A stretch of DNA of 64,000 nt. Source: Octopus vulgaris (taxonomy: Eukaryota). Position 1 is the first letter of the stretch. Each line of letters begins with the position of its first letter. The notes beneath the pieces are model-generated. The model did not search any database and was not told where the DNA came from. It saw nothing but the letters and a program-made list of their open reading frames with translations. Shown piece after piece: positions 26,176 through 39,905 of the stretch. Made by a program: the position numbers and the translations under genes. The stretch covers positions 129,518,001-129,582,000 of the forward strand of contig OX597818.1 of the NCBI GenBank assembly GCA_951406725.2. Direction: 5' to 3'.

Positions 26176-26395
26176 ATCTATGTGTGTGTCTTTATGTCTG
26201 TGTTTGTCTCCCCCCACTTGACAACAGGTGTTGGTGTGTTTACATTCCTCTAACTTAGCAGTTCAGCAAAAATAAACCAATAGAATAAGTACCAGGCTTA
26301 AAAACAAGGTCCTAAGATCGGTTTGTTTGACTAAAACCCTTCAAAGCAGTGCTCGAATATGGTCACATTTAAATGAGTGAAATGAGTAAAAGATG
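25945..26395 (+). mobile_element. SINE family A (older copy)
   Basis: Homology to other family A copies. Confidence 0.85.
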
Positions 26396-26419
26396 AAAAA
26401 TACAAATGCTTAGAATCAA

Positions 26420-27412
26420 TCAGCTAGACAATTTTTATTGTACCTGATGCACAAAAGGGATAGAGTTGCAGGAAAAGCCGTAAAATGTGACAACTGACTT
26501 TGTGGAGTTCATACTAAAGGTATCACCCACATCATAAGCAGTTGTCTGAAAATGTCATCACAGTATTATCTACCGATGAGACATGACATTATAATTAGAA
26601 CACTCTATAATGAAATCTGTCAGAAGAGTATTCCCAAGGACAAAGAAATAAGAACCCACAATATGGTAGAAGCCATTGCCACTCATAATAAAAAGGAATA
26701 CTGGTGGAATGTTCCAGGGAAGATCTCAATAAAATGTAAGCACAACAGACCTGATATAATGATTTGCGATAGGGAAGAGAAACTGTGCACAGATGTAGAA
26801 ATTAGCTGCCCAGTAGATGTTAACATAAAGCTGAAGATCAGTGAAAAAGAGAATACCTACACTGAACTATTGATAAATCTGCAGTTACTCTATGCAGATT
26901 ACAAGTTCAGGTTTATACCTGTAATTATTGGGGCCCTGGGATATGTAACACACTGCCTAAATACCAGCCTTGAGAAATTAGGCTTCTCAAAACTAGAGAG
27001 GAGAAAGCTAATTTGAAGACTAAAATCCATCACTGGAACTGTAAAAATCTGTAAAACTTTCCAGAAGTTAATCATTTAAATTTATATGGCCATGTCTAGA
27101 TATGCAACTATATGCATGAGAATACATACATAAAACATATAAATCTGCACGCACATACATACATACATACATACATACATACATACATACATACATACAT
27201 ACATACATACATGCATACATACATACATGCATACATACATGCATGTATGCATACATACATACGTACATACATACATACGTACATACATACATACATACTA
27301 AAGTACCCTGTTGCTGATGTTGAAATTCCAATGAAGGAGCCTTGGATCTAGGTTAGAAACCGGTTCTCTCTCTATTGGCAAGAAATTTTGAAATAAGCTG
27401 AATAATGACATA
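26420..27412 (+). mobile_element. Decayed R4/Dong-like LINE 3' end with (CATA)n in the 3' UTR
   Basis: HIISSC..RHD..WWN..HNRPDIMI..VEISCP..SEKENTY..PVIIGALG (ORF 26552-27016). Confidence 0.85.
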
Positions 27413-27459
27413 CGATGTTATTGCTTAAACAATTTACAATGCCATCTGCAAAAATGACG

Positions 27460-28005
27460 GTCCTAAAATAAACTTAGAAAATCCCTCTGTTATGGAATAC
27501 ATTCATAAACACCAACTCAAGGAATACTGGTGGAATATTACCATCAAACCTTCTGTCAAATGTAAGCATAACAGGCTGGATATTGTTGTTTGGGACAGAG
27601 GGGCAAAGGTATGTACCAACATAGAGGTTAGCTGTGCTGCAGATATAAACATCTCTTTGAAAATCTAAGGAAAAGAGGATATCTATGGACAACTGCTTCA
27701 AAACATCCAGCTTCTATATCCAGACAATGAATTCATATTCATACCAATAATAATTGGAGGACTAGGTTTTGCTAGCAAATGCTTAAAGGAGAATTGAGAT
27801 AAACTGGGATTTTCAGAAAGAGAAACTGACCGGCTGATTCATACATTACAACTCCAATCTGTGAGTGGAACAGTAAAAATATGCAAGACTTTTCTCAAGT
27901 TCCAAATGTGAATTTGTATGTGTTAATTACATCCCAAAGATGGAACCTTGTGTCTTTGTTGGAAACTGGCTCCCTCGGTGGAAGATTTATAATAGCTAAA
28001 AAATA
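27460..28005 (+). pseudogene. More decayed sister of the 26420 LINE 3' end
   Basis: KEYWWN..CKHNRLDIVVWD..IEVSC..FIPIIIGGLG with frameshifts. Confidence 0.75.
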
Positions 28006-28038
28006 GAAGAAACATACATACATGTATGGACACACACA

Positions 28039-28088
<50 letters not shown>

Positions 28089-28264
28089 ACATACTATAAT
28101 GGCAAACACTGAGAATGAGAGCTTAACACTTCATTTGGTATATGAATATATACTTTACTTGTGGATTAACACAGAGGTAGATTGCTAACATTCTCAAGTA
28201 GAATGCTTGAAAATTGTGAATTTCTTGCATAAAACCATTGGTGTGTGTATGTAAGTATATATAT

Positions 28265-28620
28265 CCTTTACTTGTTTCAGTAATTGGACTGCCAACCATG
28301 CTGGAGTACAACATTAAGTGGTTTAGTTGGACAAATTGACCCAGGACATTTTTAAAGCCTGGTACTTATTCTATCAGTCTCTTTTGCTAAAGGGGATGTA
28401 AACAAACGAACACCAATTGTTAAGCAATGATGAGGGAGAAAGAGAAACGAACATAGAAATATATATGATGAGCCTTTTTCAGTTTCTGTCTACCAAATCC
28501 ACTCACAAGGCTTTGAGCAACCTGAGACAATAGTAAGAGACACTTGGCCAAGATTCCACATAGTGGGACTGAACCTGGAACCATGTGGCTGGGTTTCTTA
28601 CAGCACAGTTATGTCTGTAT
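28265..28620 (-). mobile_element. SINE family A (old copy)
   Basis: Homology to other family A copies. Confidence 0.8.
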
Positions 28621-29579
28621 CAATGTATAGATGTATACACACACACACACATATATTTTCAAAGGTAAGCTGAGAGAGAGAGAGTGGGAGAGAAAGCTTG
28701 CTGACTAGTTAATGAGACAGAGAAATAATTAGATATAACAATACAGAATGGCAGACAGATAGATAGATAGATAGACAGACATACAGATTGACAGGCAGAT
28801 AAAGAGAAAGACAAATAGGCATAGAGGGAGGCTGGCAGAAAGATATAATTAGACAGAAAGACTAGAACACAGAAGTGAAAGAGAGCTGAAAAAAAAATTG
28901 GAGAGCAACCTTCTACTACCACAAAAGATTTTAAAGACCTCTTTTGTAAAATTAAATACAAAATATTAAGCAAAGAAATATATAAAAAAAAGCAAATAAA
29001 ATTGTGGAAAAAATTTAATGAAAATAATAAAAGCATATTTTGATGGCAGTAACAACATTCAATAATTAAAATTGACAATGGAAGTTGAGTTACATGATAC
29101 CTGAGCAATAGAGAGACTTACGTGTTTGCTTTGAGAATGAATATGAAATTTAACATGAATGGTAGTCTTCTCACAACCACCTATCACATCAGCCATACTT
29201 CAATAATGACATCTTCATTAAAGCTAAGTAAATTTTCATGCAACAACATTGCTTTCACGTACAGAAACTTATGCACATGCACACACATGAATGATTTTTT
29301 ATTATACGTACACATGTATACACGCACACACACACATGCACACACATATTTATATATAGTTCAAATTTACAGAAAATAAAAGATGAAGACAGGTGTAGGA
29401 ACAACAAGCAGGTGTATTAGTTTAGCACTTGGGAAAAATGGAAAAGTCTTTTACATTTCGAGCCTATGCTCTTCAACAGAAAGGATTGAGAAGAAAAGAA
29501 AAAAATGGAGAAGGAATGAAAAAAATAGAAAGAGAAAAAAATATGTATAGGTTAAGGGTTCAACATAGTGAATACATAT

Positions 29580-29635
<56 letters not shown>

Positions 29636-30813
29636 GGAGGGAGAAAGAGAGAGTCAGTGAAGAACAGCTGAATGGTAAAGTGAAATGGCACACAATATTC
29701 AACAGATGAAACTACACTCAAGTGCTTTCTCTAATTTTTGAACAAAAAGAAATCACTTTATTTATCCTACATAATTCTCGTGTAAGACACTCTTGAATAA
29801 CATTGATTTATTAGTGAGTCTTTGACACAAAAATTTGAAGAACTTCAAATATTTATAACATATTTACAGGAAAGTCAGGGGATTTCTAAAAACAATTGCA
29901 GTTCTTGAATATCCCAAGATAATCATTCACCATTTCCTAGTGATGCACAATTATAAAAAAAATTTTAACAGTGACTTTATCTGAATTAGCTGTTACACAT
30001 GCAAAACCTGCACTGCTTTTATTATAAGTAAGAATGCTAAAAACAAATAAAACTAGAATTAAAATCTTGCAGTTACCTACATATGTGTTATTCCTGAAAA
30101 GTTGCTGCTTGATGGTAATTGCTTGGAGAAATCCATGATTTTCTGCACTGAAATGCATTGAAGTGGCAATTTTCCACCTAAGTCTTCTACTGGACTAACC
30201 AGACATAACTTCAAAATATGTATTTACCAACATAGACATTCTTTTGCTAACCGTCAAAGATGCATTGCAACTGTTTTATACATCAGGCTTCTCAAAGAGA
30301 CTACTGATCATACATAAAGTATTATATCATACACATGGGTTATGCAGAAGCATATCACCATAGAAGCTTTACAGCCAGGTGTCATTGCCTTCTGTGTGTA
30401 ACTGGAACAATGTTTATCTTACAAATCAAAATGGCTGAAACCTGAGGTCAGAACCCTTAAATCTCTGTAACCCTGTAAGTATGCATCAAAGTACACAAAC
30501 TACCTGGATACTCATAGAGCTCTTTGCTTTTGACTGGATAAAACTTTTGTGAAATTAAGCTCCCGTTTTTTAGCTTCCTTAAACGTATTTTCGAAGACTT
30601 CTTCCTCACATTCCCCTACATAGTGTCTTCTTGCCATATAACCATGTTTGCTGAATCATTTTTATCATTTTTTTGTAATTCCAATTTTGTTTATATCATT
30701 AATTTACATTTCAGTGGATGTTTGTTAGAGTGTGCATATTATTACTGGATGGCAGTCTTTGTAGCCAACTTAATGTGGATATATTATAAGAGTGGTATGG
30801 TATTGCGGTGTTC

Positions 30814-31053
30814 ATCCTGAGAAAGTCCCTCATGTAGACTTTTAGTGCATAGAAGCACAGAGACATTAGTAGCAGACAAATGTTTAACATCCAATAGTGG
30901 AAATACTATATCACGTAATTTTTGACTGCTGATGAGGTGTAAAACATGCCAAAATTACGTGATACAGTAGTACGACTGCTGTTGCTGGATATTTCTTGTC
31001 TGCTACTGACATTTATGTGCTTTTATGCACTATATGAGAGACTTTCTCAGGAT
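30814..31053 (+). mobile_element. Fold-back element with a hammerhead fold at the centre
   Basis: Imperfect inverted arms atcctgagaaagtc.. / ..gactttctcaggat; HHR at 30925-30968. Confidence 0.8.
30925..30968 (+). ncRNA. Minimal type I hammerhead ribozyme, G12 lost (likely CpG decay)
   Basis: ACTG-CTGATGA-GGTGT-aaaac-ATGCC-(a)AAA-TTACGTGAT-A-CAGT; stems I, II and III all pair. Confidence 0.72.
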
Positions 31054-31112
31054 TAATTCAGCAGTATCATGGTGCTCTCATAATATGTTCACATTAAGTA
31101 GAGTACAGAGAT

Positions 31113-31150
<38 letters not shown>

Positions 31151-31155
<5 letters not shown>

Positions 31156-31443
31156 CGTGACCGACCAGCCTATCAGATGTTGCTACACAATGCGCTTTGC
31201 ATTGTTCTTTTTAGCCTTCAAATGACGCCACCCCGCTGGCTGAGAGAGCAGGCCAACAGAAGAAAGAGTGAGAGAAAGTTGTGGCGAAAGAGTACAGCGG
31301 GGATCGCCACCAGCCCCTGCCAGAGCCTCGTGGAGCTTTAGGTGTTTTCGCTCAATAAACATTCACAACGCCCGGTCTGAGAATCGAAACCGCGATCCTA
31401 CGACTGCGAGTCCGCTACCCTAACCACTGGGCTATTGCGCCTC

Positions 31444-31446
<3 letters not shown>
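31151..31446 (-). mobile_element. SINE family C, tail type 1
   Basis: Family C head and core; tail shared with 1-170. Confidence 0.9.
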
Positions 31447-31475
<29 letters not shown>

Positions 31476-31493
31476 CACACACATACACACACA

Positions 31494-31697
31494 TATGAGG
31501 AGGTGCTGAAAAGTTCCTGGCTTTCGGTAAAAGAAAATACAGGAAGATCAGTTAATTATGATTTTATTCAACAGACTACATTCTTAGATTCACACACTTA
31601 TTGCAGCAGTCCTTCAGCTTTTCTAAGCCCTGTAAAAGAACTCAGAAGGTTGGGCCTCCAACCAGGTCTTTCACGATACCCTTAAAGCCAGGAACTC
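31494..31697 (-). mobile_element. Mariner-derived MITE
   Basis: tatgaggaggtgctgaaaagttcctggcttt ... aaagccaggaact. Confidence 0.82.
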
Positions 31698-32888
31698 ATA
31701 TATATATAAACACATGCAAACACACAGAGAGGGTTTAACCCAAATTGTGGAAATTCTTCAATCCATTTCAAAACACAGTAGATATTCAATTGAAACCTTT
31801 GTTATCGCCTCTTCGTTTACATTTTATTACAGACTTCTGACACCAGGTGTCTCTCTCAACTTCCCACTTCCCACTATAATCTCTCATTTACTTTGATTCC
31901 TTTTCATGAAATTTTCATCAGGAAAAAGACTGAAATGTTAAATTCTTCACTTCACTGGTGATCAGACTTATCCTCATAGGAAACATACATAAGATTCGAG
32001 GAGGACATACAAAAATATTCAGGGAATATTTGAGCTTGTGGCTGAGCTTTTAACTGGATACTGAATAAGAGAGCTTTGCATGCCTGAGATGGAGCTGCGA
32101 ATGTATAACCTGATTTTGTTTTATAATAAATGGGCATCGAAAATATTGTAACATTGCATTTTAACTGAAACATTTTATTAAGATAAAGCTATGAAATTAG
32201 ATGTTTATAATAAACAACAGAATAAACATTTCCGTCAATTATCTCTCACATATAACACACTCTACTTAAAGAACAATGTTTCAACACACATTTGAAATTA
32301 TGGACAACATTATACAGTTCAGATTCAATTAATTGCCTTTGTTTCTTCAATTTTCTTGTTTCATTTTATTTTTCTTTCACTTGTTTATTTCTTTTATGAT
32401 GTATTTTTCTTGTTTTATATAACTAATATGATGTAAAAGGCTGACAATATTTTCTTGTCGAACCTGTAAGCCGAGTGAGGAGAAAATTGATGAGGTGTTT
32501 GCATATCCCAATGGACTTTTGCTTTGTTGTCTTTTTAATGATTCTTTGCTAACTGGAATTCTATCATCTTTAACTGAAGATTGCCTAATTGAAGACATTA
32601 TATTTCTTCAAAATGTTTAATCAAAAATATCATACAAGTAACTATAGCCACGTGGTTAAATAGTTTGCTTTATAACTACATAGTTCAAAGTATCACTCCA
32701 CTGTGTGATGACTGGGGCAAGTAGCTTCTGCTAAGGTCTGAAGTCACCTTAATATCTTGTGAATAGAATTTAGTAGAAGAAAACTGTGTTGAAACTCACT
32801 CCTGGCATTTGTTAACTTGGAGCAGGTACCACATTCAGATTTGGGGTGGTTACTAAGGAAACTAAGTGTAGACAAATGGCTGTACAAG

Positions 32889-33154
32889 CAGTGGCAGAGT
32901 GGGTCTAAAAGTATTGGTTGCCAGGAGACTAAGGGAGCCCACCCACAACTACAGTGCTATCATTTAATTTTTTTTGTTAAAAGTATTCAACTGTCTACAA
33001 ACACAGCCAGGCTGAAATAATTCATGCATTCTTTTGAGAGTGAATAAAAATTTCTCAAACTTAGAGATTAACATGGGCCCCCACATATGGATTCTAATGG
33101 TGCAGGGGCCCACTTGCCTTCAGGCAACCTGCCAACCTGGCCAGTACACCACTG
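32889..33154. mobile_element. Old hAT-type MITE
   Basis: Ends cagtgg / ccactg; degenerate 8-bp TSD tgtacaag/agtacaaa. Confidence 0.55.
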
Positions 33155-33184
33155 AGTACAAACCACGTACAAAAATCCAGTAAG

Positions 33185-33497
33185 TGGTCCACAATGATTT
33201 CAGTGATGAATTTGATGTGAAGGTAGATATTCATCAAGGTTCACTCCTCAGTCCTCTCCAATTCATAATTCTCTGACAGGTAACCACATAGGGTTTTTAG
33301 ACAGGCTGTGCCTGGTTGTTTCCATATGCTAAAAATTCAGCTCCCATAGCGGAATCTAAAGAGGAACTAGAAAGAAAATACCAGGCATAAAAGCTGAACT
33401 TAGAAAAGAGTGGCCTCAAGACTATAATTTCAGGGAGTAGGAAAGAAAATAAAACCCTCGTATCTTCAGAGAAATGGCCTTGCTCAATATGAAGAGC
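33185..33497 (+). pseudogene. Decayed RTE-clade reverse transcriptase fragment
   Basis: FSDEFDVKVDIHQGSLLSPLQFII..TGCAWLFPYA..IAESKEEL..LEKSGL..KWPCS. Confidence 0.8.
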
Positions 33498-33663
33498 TCC
33501 TAATGCCAATCACTCTATAAAGTAGTTGGTTAGGAAGGGAATCCAGCCATAGAAACCAAACATGAAAACAAAGCCTGTGTGGCCTCTGGCTTTACCAGAT
33601 CCTGCAACACAATCCAACCCATGCTAGCATGGAAAATGGACGTTAAATGATGATGATGATGAT
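33498..33663 (+). mobile_element. 3' end of an (ATG)n-tailed retroposon (RTE-like tail, family E)
   Basis: aacccatgctagcatggaaaatggacgttaaa(tga)n; minus-strand copies near 1615, 46706, 47468, 53320 and 59820. Confidence 0.7.
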
Positions 33664-34360
33664 ACATATATATGTACATGTGTATGTGTATCCAAATGTA
33701 AGATGTTGCACTAAAAAGTAAATCAGCTAATCAATAAATGAAAATGTAAGAGACTGAAATCAATGCTGCTCCCAGAATGATTGACCAAAATCTTTGAAGC
33801 CAGTGCCCTAGAATAGTTACAGTCCAACGAGTCAAATAAGCAATAAAGGATTAAAATACTTTCATGCTAATACTGATAATAATATCGCAGAGTTCGCAGT
33901 AGGCCTTACGTTATAAAGGATACCACTTTTGTTAGTGTGGCTGTGCTACTGATAGGAAAATACAAAGGGTTTACAATCAAACTAGAGAGCCCTCTCTATA
34001 GTCCCTAACTGGGCAAGAAATAACAGCCAAATGTCCCACATATCACAACCTCTAGTTTTAAATAAAGAAAGAACATATTGGGTAGTGTAGTTCTAGATAC
34101 CTTTAAAACGGCAAATTATCACAATTGGAATACCTTTGAGCATAGGTCAACTTCATTAGAGCTAATTTGGGGTTGAATAACAATAATAACAGCAAAAACA
34201 ACATACAATCAAATAGTCTTCTGTCTGTATTCAAATGAGTATTAACTTCCAAAATAATGGTTTCAAATTTTGGTACAAAGCAAGGAATTTTAGGAGAATG
34301 GGCAAAGTTGATTACATGAACCACAGTGCTCAACTGGTACTTATTTTATTGACCCTAAAA

Positions 34361-34697
34361 CAGTGGTTCTTAATGATATTTTATCTATGGGCCCCTTTGA
34401 TTTCTGTTTTATTCTAGTAGACCCCTATAGCCATTCAGTATTTAGAAAGTAGTTTTCTAGGGGACTTCTTGCAAAGTTCCTATCTTGTTTATCATACATT
34501 TCCTTGTGTAGGCTAAACTATGTAAAATATCAGAAAGAAACCTACCTGTTTCCTGCAATAAATATATCTGAAGCAAAAGTTTTTCATGGACCCATAAAGT
34601 ATCGCTGTGGATCCAATGTACTATTTTCATTGTATGGATACCCTCAAATCTTATATGGAACCCAAAGGATTATATGGACTCTGATTGAGAGCCAGCA
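34361..34697. mobile_element. hAT-type MITE inserted in a SINE B copy
   Basis: cagtggttcttaa / ttgagagccagca; TSD ccctaaaa/ctctaaag; SINE B sequence continues on both sides. Confidence 0.7.
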
Positions 34698-34769
34698 CTC
34701 TAAAGGATGAAAGCCAAGTCAACCTCAGCAGAATTTGAACTCAGAATGCTGCTAAGCATTTTGCCTGAG

Positions 34770-35179
34770 ACTCTTACTCTTTTACTCTTTTACTTGTTTC
34801 AGCCATTTGACTGCGGCGATGCTGGAGCACCGCCTTTAGTCGAGCAAATTGACCCCGGAACTTATTCTTTGTAAGCCCACTACTTATTCTATCGGTCTCT
34901 TTTGCCGAACCGCTAAGTGACAGGAACGTAAACACACCAGCATCGGTTGTCAAGCAATGCTAGGGGGACAAGACACAAACATACACACACACACTTATAT
35001 ATATATACATATATACGACAGGCTTCTTTCAGTTTCCGTCTACCAAATCCACTCACAAGGCATTGGTCAGCCCAGGGCTATAGCAGAAGACACTTGCCCA
35101 AGATGCCAAACAGTGGGACTGAACCCAGAACCATGTGGTTGGTTAGCAAGCTACTTACCACACAGCCACTCCTGCGCCT
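34770..35179 (-). mobile_element. SINE family A, full length
   Basis: Homology to other family A copies. Confidence 0.92.
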
Positions 35180-35213
35180 AATGATTTTGCCAACTTGCCA
35201 CCTAGTCATCTTC

Positions 35214-35285
<72 letters not shown>

Positions 35286-35563
35286 AATAATGATAAAAAT
35301 AATAATAGAAAAAATAATGATTTCAAACATATACAAAGCCACAAACTTTAGGAGACACAATAACAGATTAAATTGGCCCCAATACTTAACTGATATTTAT
35401 TTAATTGACCCCCCACTACTCCAACCACAGAAAAATATAAAGCAAAGTTGACTTGATAGGATTTGAACATTGGAAAATAATGGGACCTAACTAAAAACAG
35501 GAGTATTTTGTCCGTGGATCATTTATTAGAAGCATTCAATTTAACAATCTAATGACATTTCAA

Positions 35564-35627
<64 letters not shown>

Positions 35628-35641
35628 TAATAATAATAATA

Positions 35642-35677
<36 letters not shown>

Positions 35678-36313
35678 GTAATAAATATTAACGAAACTAT
35701 GCATACATGATAAATTTAAGATTCTGATTGGTTGATAAAAATTATAATAAAATTTTAAAAATCATTTTAGCTAACCATACATGCACATACATACATACAT
35801 ATATATATATATATACATGTATGTATATATGTATGTATATATACACATATGTATGTATGTGTGTGTATATATATATATATATATATAAGTGTGTGTGTAT
35901 ATATGTGCTAGTATAAATAATTTAAATAATTTAATAATGCTTAGAATAATTAAAAGGAAAAAAATAACGGTATGAATGAAACATTTAAGCTTCTGATTGG
36001 ACGATAAAAATTATACTAAATTTTTTAAAATATAATTTTGGCTAAATATATATGTATATATGCATCACTGTATGTATGTCTGTGTATCTGTGTCAGTATA
36101 TATTTTACACATATATATATATGCATATGTGTGTGTGTGCATGTATGCATGCATGTTTATATGCATGTATGTGTGCATATACATCTAGCTATATGAGTGT
36201 GTGTGTATATATATATATATGCATATTCATATACTTGTATGTGTGCATATACATATACATATATATGTGTGTGTGTTTGCGTGTATGCATATATATATGT
36301 GTGTATATATATA

Positions 36314-36371
<58 letters not shown>

Positions 36372-36744
36372 TGTATGTATGTATGTATGTATGTATGTAT
36401 GTATATGTATATATAAATTCACAAGTGAATTCTGGCCAAGATTAGGATGATAGCCTACTAGCCAAAGATTTAGCAATTCCTATCCTTAGCACTGGTGCTG
36501 TGCTATGTCCATGGGAATTAACTTAACAGTGAATAAGGACCAAGTGAAAATAAGGCTTCCTATCACTCTAAACTGTGTGGTGGAGATGGGGTAGAAGAAT
36601 GGGATATGGGGTGTCTATATAATTGATGAGTGTCAGTTCTTCAGCTTTCTACAACTGAGTTCAAATCCTCATGTGGGGTAAGAAGAAAATTAAAAACAAA
36701 TGGAAAGTATCAAACAAACAAGGCTTATAATAGACTGGCAACCT

Positions 36745-36810
<66 letters not shown>

Positions 36811-36959
36811 GTGAGAGAGATGTTTGAACTATTTAACACTTTGAAGACCATCATAACTACCATCTATGCCAGCACCATTATTGTGATCATCTGTATTGTT
36901 GCTACCACCATTGCTGCTGCCATCATCTTCACCATCAATGCCATAATACCACTGAGGCC

Positions 36960-37667
36960 ACGATGACGATGACGACCACCACCACCACAACCACGACGAC
37001 GACGACCACCACCACCACCACCAACCACCACCACCACCACAACCACCACCACAACCACCACCACCACCACCACCACTACCACCACTACCACCACCACCAC
37101 TACCACCACCAACACCACCACCAACACCATCATCAATATTTTATCCATACAAATCACTACCTTCCATACTGCCACTATCATTCATACAACCACCACCACC
37201 ACCACCACCACCACCACCGATACTATCATCTATAACAGCTCAACAACACATACATCAATACCACCGCCACCACCACCACCACTACCACCGTCACCACCTC
37301 CACTACCATCCATCCCATAGCCAATGTCAACATCACCACCATCACCACCATCCATATTGTCACAATTACAAACATCACCACCACCACCTTCATCATCCAT
37401 TCCATCACTGTCACCATCACCACCATCTGTATCATCTATACAACCCTATCGCCACTACCACCACCACCACCACTACCACTATACACACCAACACATCACC
37501 ACTATCACCATCATCATTACCATCATCCTTATTAGGTAAACCATAAGATGTCATGGTGTTCTACAGCTTATTTTCGAAGCCATGAATATTTCACATTATT
37601 ATTATTATTATTATCAACATTATTATTATTATTATTATTATTATCATTGTTATTATTATTATTATTT

Positions 37668-37722
<55 letters not shown>

Positions 37723-38220
37723 CATTATTTTTATTATTATTATCATTATTATTATTTTTATTATTGTTATTATTATTATTATTATTATTATTTTTATTAT
37801 TGTTATTATTATTATTATTATTAATGTTGTTGTTGCTGAAAAGAAACCAACTAAATAGTAAAAAAAATAAGGAAAAAACAATAATACACAAAAAACCCCC
37901 CCAACAAAATCTAATGATGGATGTAATGCCAAGGAAGAGGAGAAGAAAAAGATGTAAATGACAATGCAAAGTGGCACAGTTGTGTATTGTGTAATGACCA
38001 TTAATACTGCTACAACAACTGCCACCACCACCACCACCAACAACAACAACAAAAACAAAAACAACAACAACAACAACAACAGCAACAACTACTACTAATA
38101 ATGATAGCCACAAACAATGCAAACCAAGAAAGAACACCCTAAATGTTTTTAAAAAACATATTGAAAATAATGACCACTGCTACCACAACTACAACCAAAA
38201 CCACCACCACCACCACCACC

Positions 38221-38252
<32 letters not shown>

Positions 38253-38270
38253 CAACAACGCTAATAGGAA
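36960..38270. repeat. Low-complexity block of (CAC)n, (TTA)n and (CAA)n
   Basis: Direct reading; source of the poly-H/T/L/V ORFs. Confidence 0.95.
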
Positions 38271-39009
38271 TAATAATAATTAGCAGGACCTGTGGAAATG
38301 CTGCATTTTCTAAGGTGTTCTTATTTCTATGTTGATGCTTAAATTTGAGGATCTTCATACTATCATTTCATTATGTTAAAGACTACAATTATCCTTACAT
38401 TTTCATTCAGTAGTTAACGTTGTTTAAAGTGTAACACATGAATTCATTTCCTTATATTAAAAATTTTGATTATGTGTACAAGTTCATTCCATTGTTAGCA
38501 TTGAGAGAAATCTAGTGAATCTGCCACATGCATGGTAATTGCCATTGGTGTATATGAAGAAATAACTGATCCTCAGGCATTTTCCAGCAACTCGTCCAAG
38601 AACTTAGACTGCATTCCTTGGTTGACCAGGTTCCAAACTCAGGCTGATCAGATTGACATTCTCAAGCCCCAGTGAGGCATGTGAATATCATTTAACTTCT
38701 GGAAAGGTAGGTGTGAAAATAGAATTATCTTTTGAACATGTTCTGGTTTACCACCTGATGTATGCCTAAAGCTGCATGCTGTAGCTTCCTTGAATGGTGA
38801 CTTAATACTAAATGAGAATTTTAGCCTATGTGATAGTGGACGAATATGGAACTTCGTTAAGTTTAGTGAAAAATGGAAAAGAGGTATCAGCTGGTGTGAG
38901 GACAGTGTACTCACATCAGGCAGAAATGAAAAGCTCCAGGTAACTAAACAAGAACAATCCACCATGCCCTATATATATATTCATGATAGGCCTAAATCCA
39001 GATAACAAA

Positions 39010-39212
39010 TTAGTATCTTAAATGCCTGAGGTTTATGCAACATGATCCACCTTTTTGACTCTTACAGTAAATGTATCGACCCTGATTTCATCACAGTCAC
39101 AGAAACAGGGACAAATTCTTTACTCTGTCATGGTGGTTTTAGTATGGCTGGTTATAATTTGTTTTGCAAAGATTGCATTAATTGCCACGGATGTGGCATG
39201 ATAGTCTTCATT
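39010..39212 (+). pseudogene. Decayed APE endonuclease N-terminus of a CR1/L2/Jockey-type LINE
   Basis: LNA*GLCN..PDFITVTET..MAGYNLFCKDC..GCGMIVFI resembles NARSL.NK..PDII.VTETW..GY.LFR.DR..GGGV. Confidence 0.72.
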
Positions 39213-39786
39213 TGTATTTTCTTGTACATGTATCTTTAATTTTGTATTTTTTTTCTTGTATTTTTTTTGTGCAGTTCTTTGTTACATCCCTTTTTGTGTT
39301 ACATTTTTTCTTGCTCATTTTACCCCTCTATGAGGTTATTTTATTTTAATTCTCTCGTAGGAAGGCCTAGCATGACCAGACGTGTCCTGTCTTGCCTTCA
39401 AAACACGCTATGTCTGCTAGCAACAGCTGATGAAGGGGATTTTTCCTTGTGCAGCATGTCCTGTACTTCGTTTTTCTGCTGTACATAATTGTTTTTCCCG
39501 TTTTCGTTTCGTCTTGTTCCACGTCTCTGTCCTTCTGTTGTAACAAAATGGCTTTTCCGTTTTCGTTTCTGTTGATTTTTACGTCTTCTTGTGGTGTCCT
39601 GTACGTATATATATTTATATATGCATGTATATATACATGTAGATGTCGGTACGTACATATATGTTTGTATGTATGCATATATTTTATTTATTACACTATT
39701 GTCTGACAGCGCTTCGCGTCGGGTTCGTTTGAATTTTCGATTTTTCGAATTCTCACTTCGTTCCGTCTCTTTCATCCCAGTTTGTT

Positions 39787-39864
<78 letters not shown>

Positions 39865-39873
39865 CATACATAA

Positions 39874-39905
<32 letters not shown>

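Noticed and set aside
27300-27390. SECIS or HDV-like ribozyme in the LINE 3' UTR
   Set aside because: Lacks the tandem G-A quartet and the nested double pseudoknot.
30100-30360. Possible Crypton/tyrosine-recombinase relic
   Set aside because: Only faint motif resemblance across several frameshifts; needs an HMM search.
32377-32598. Possible host coding exon MSSIRQSSVKDDRIP...
   Set aside because: No recognisable domain, weak splice signals and no partner exons found; cannot be excluded without RNA data.
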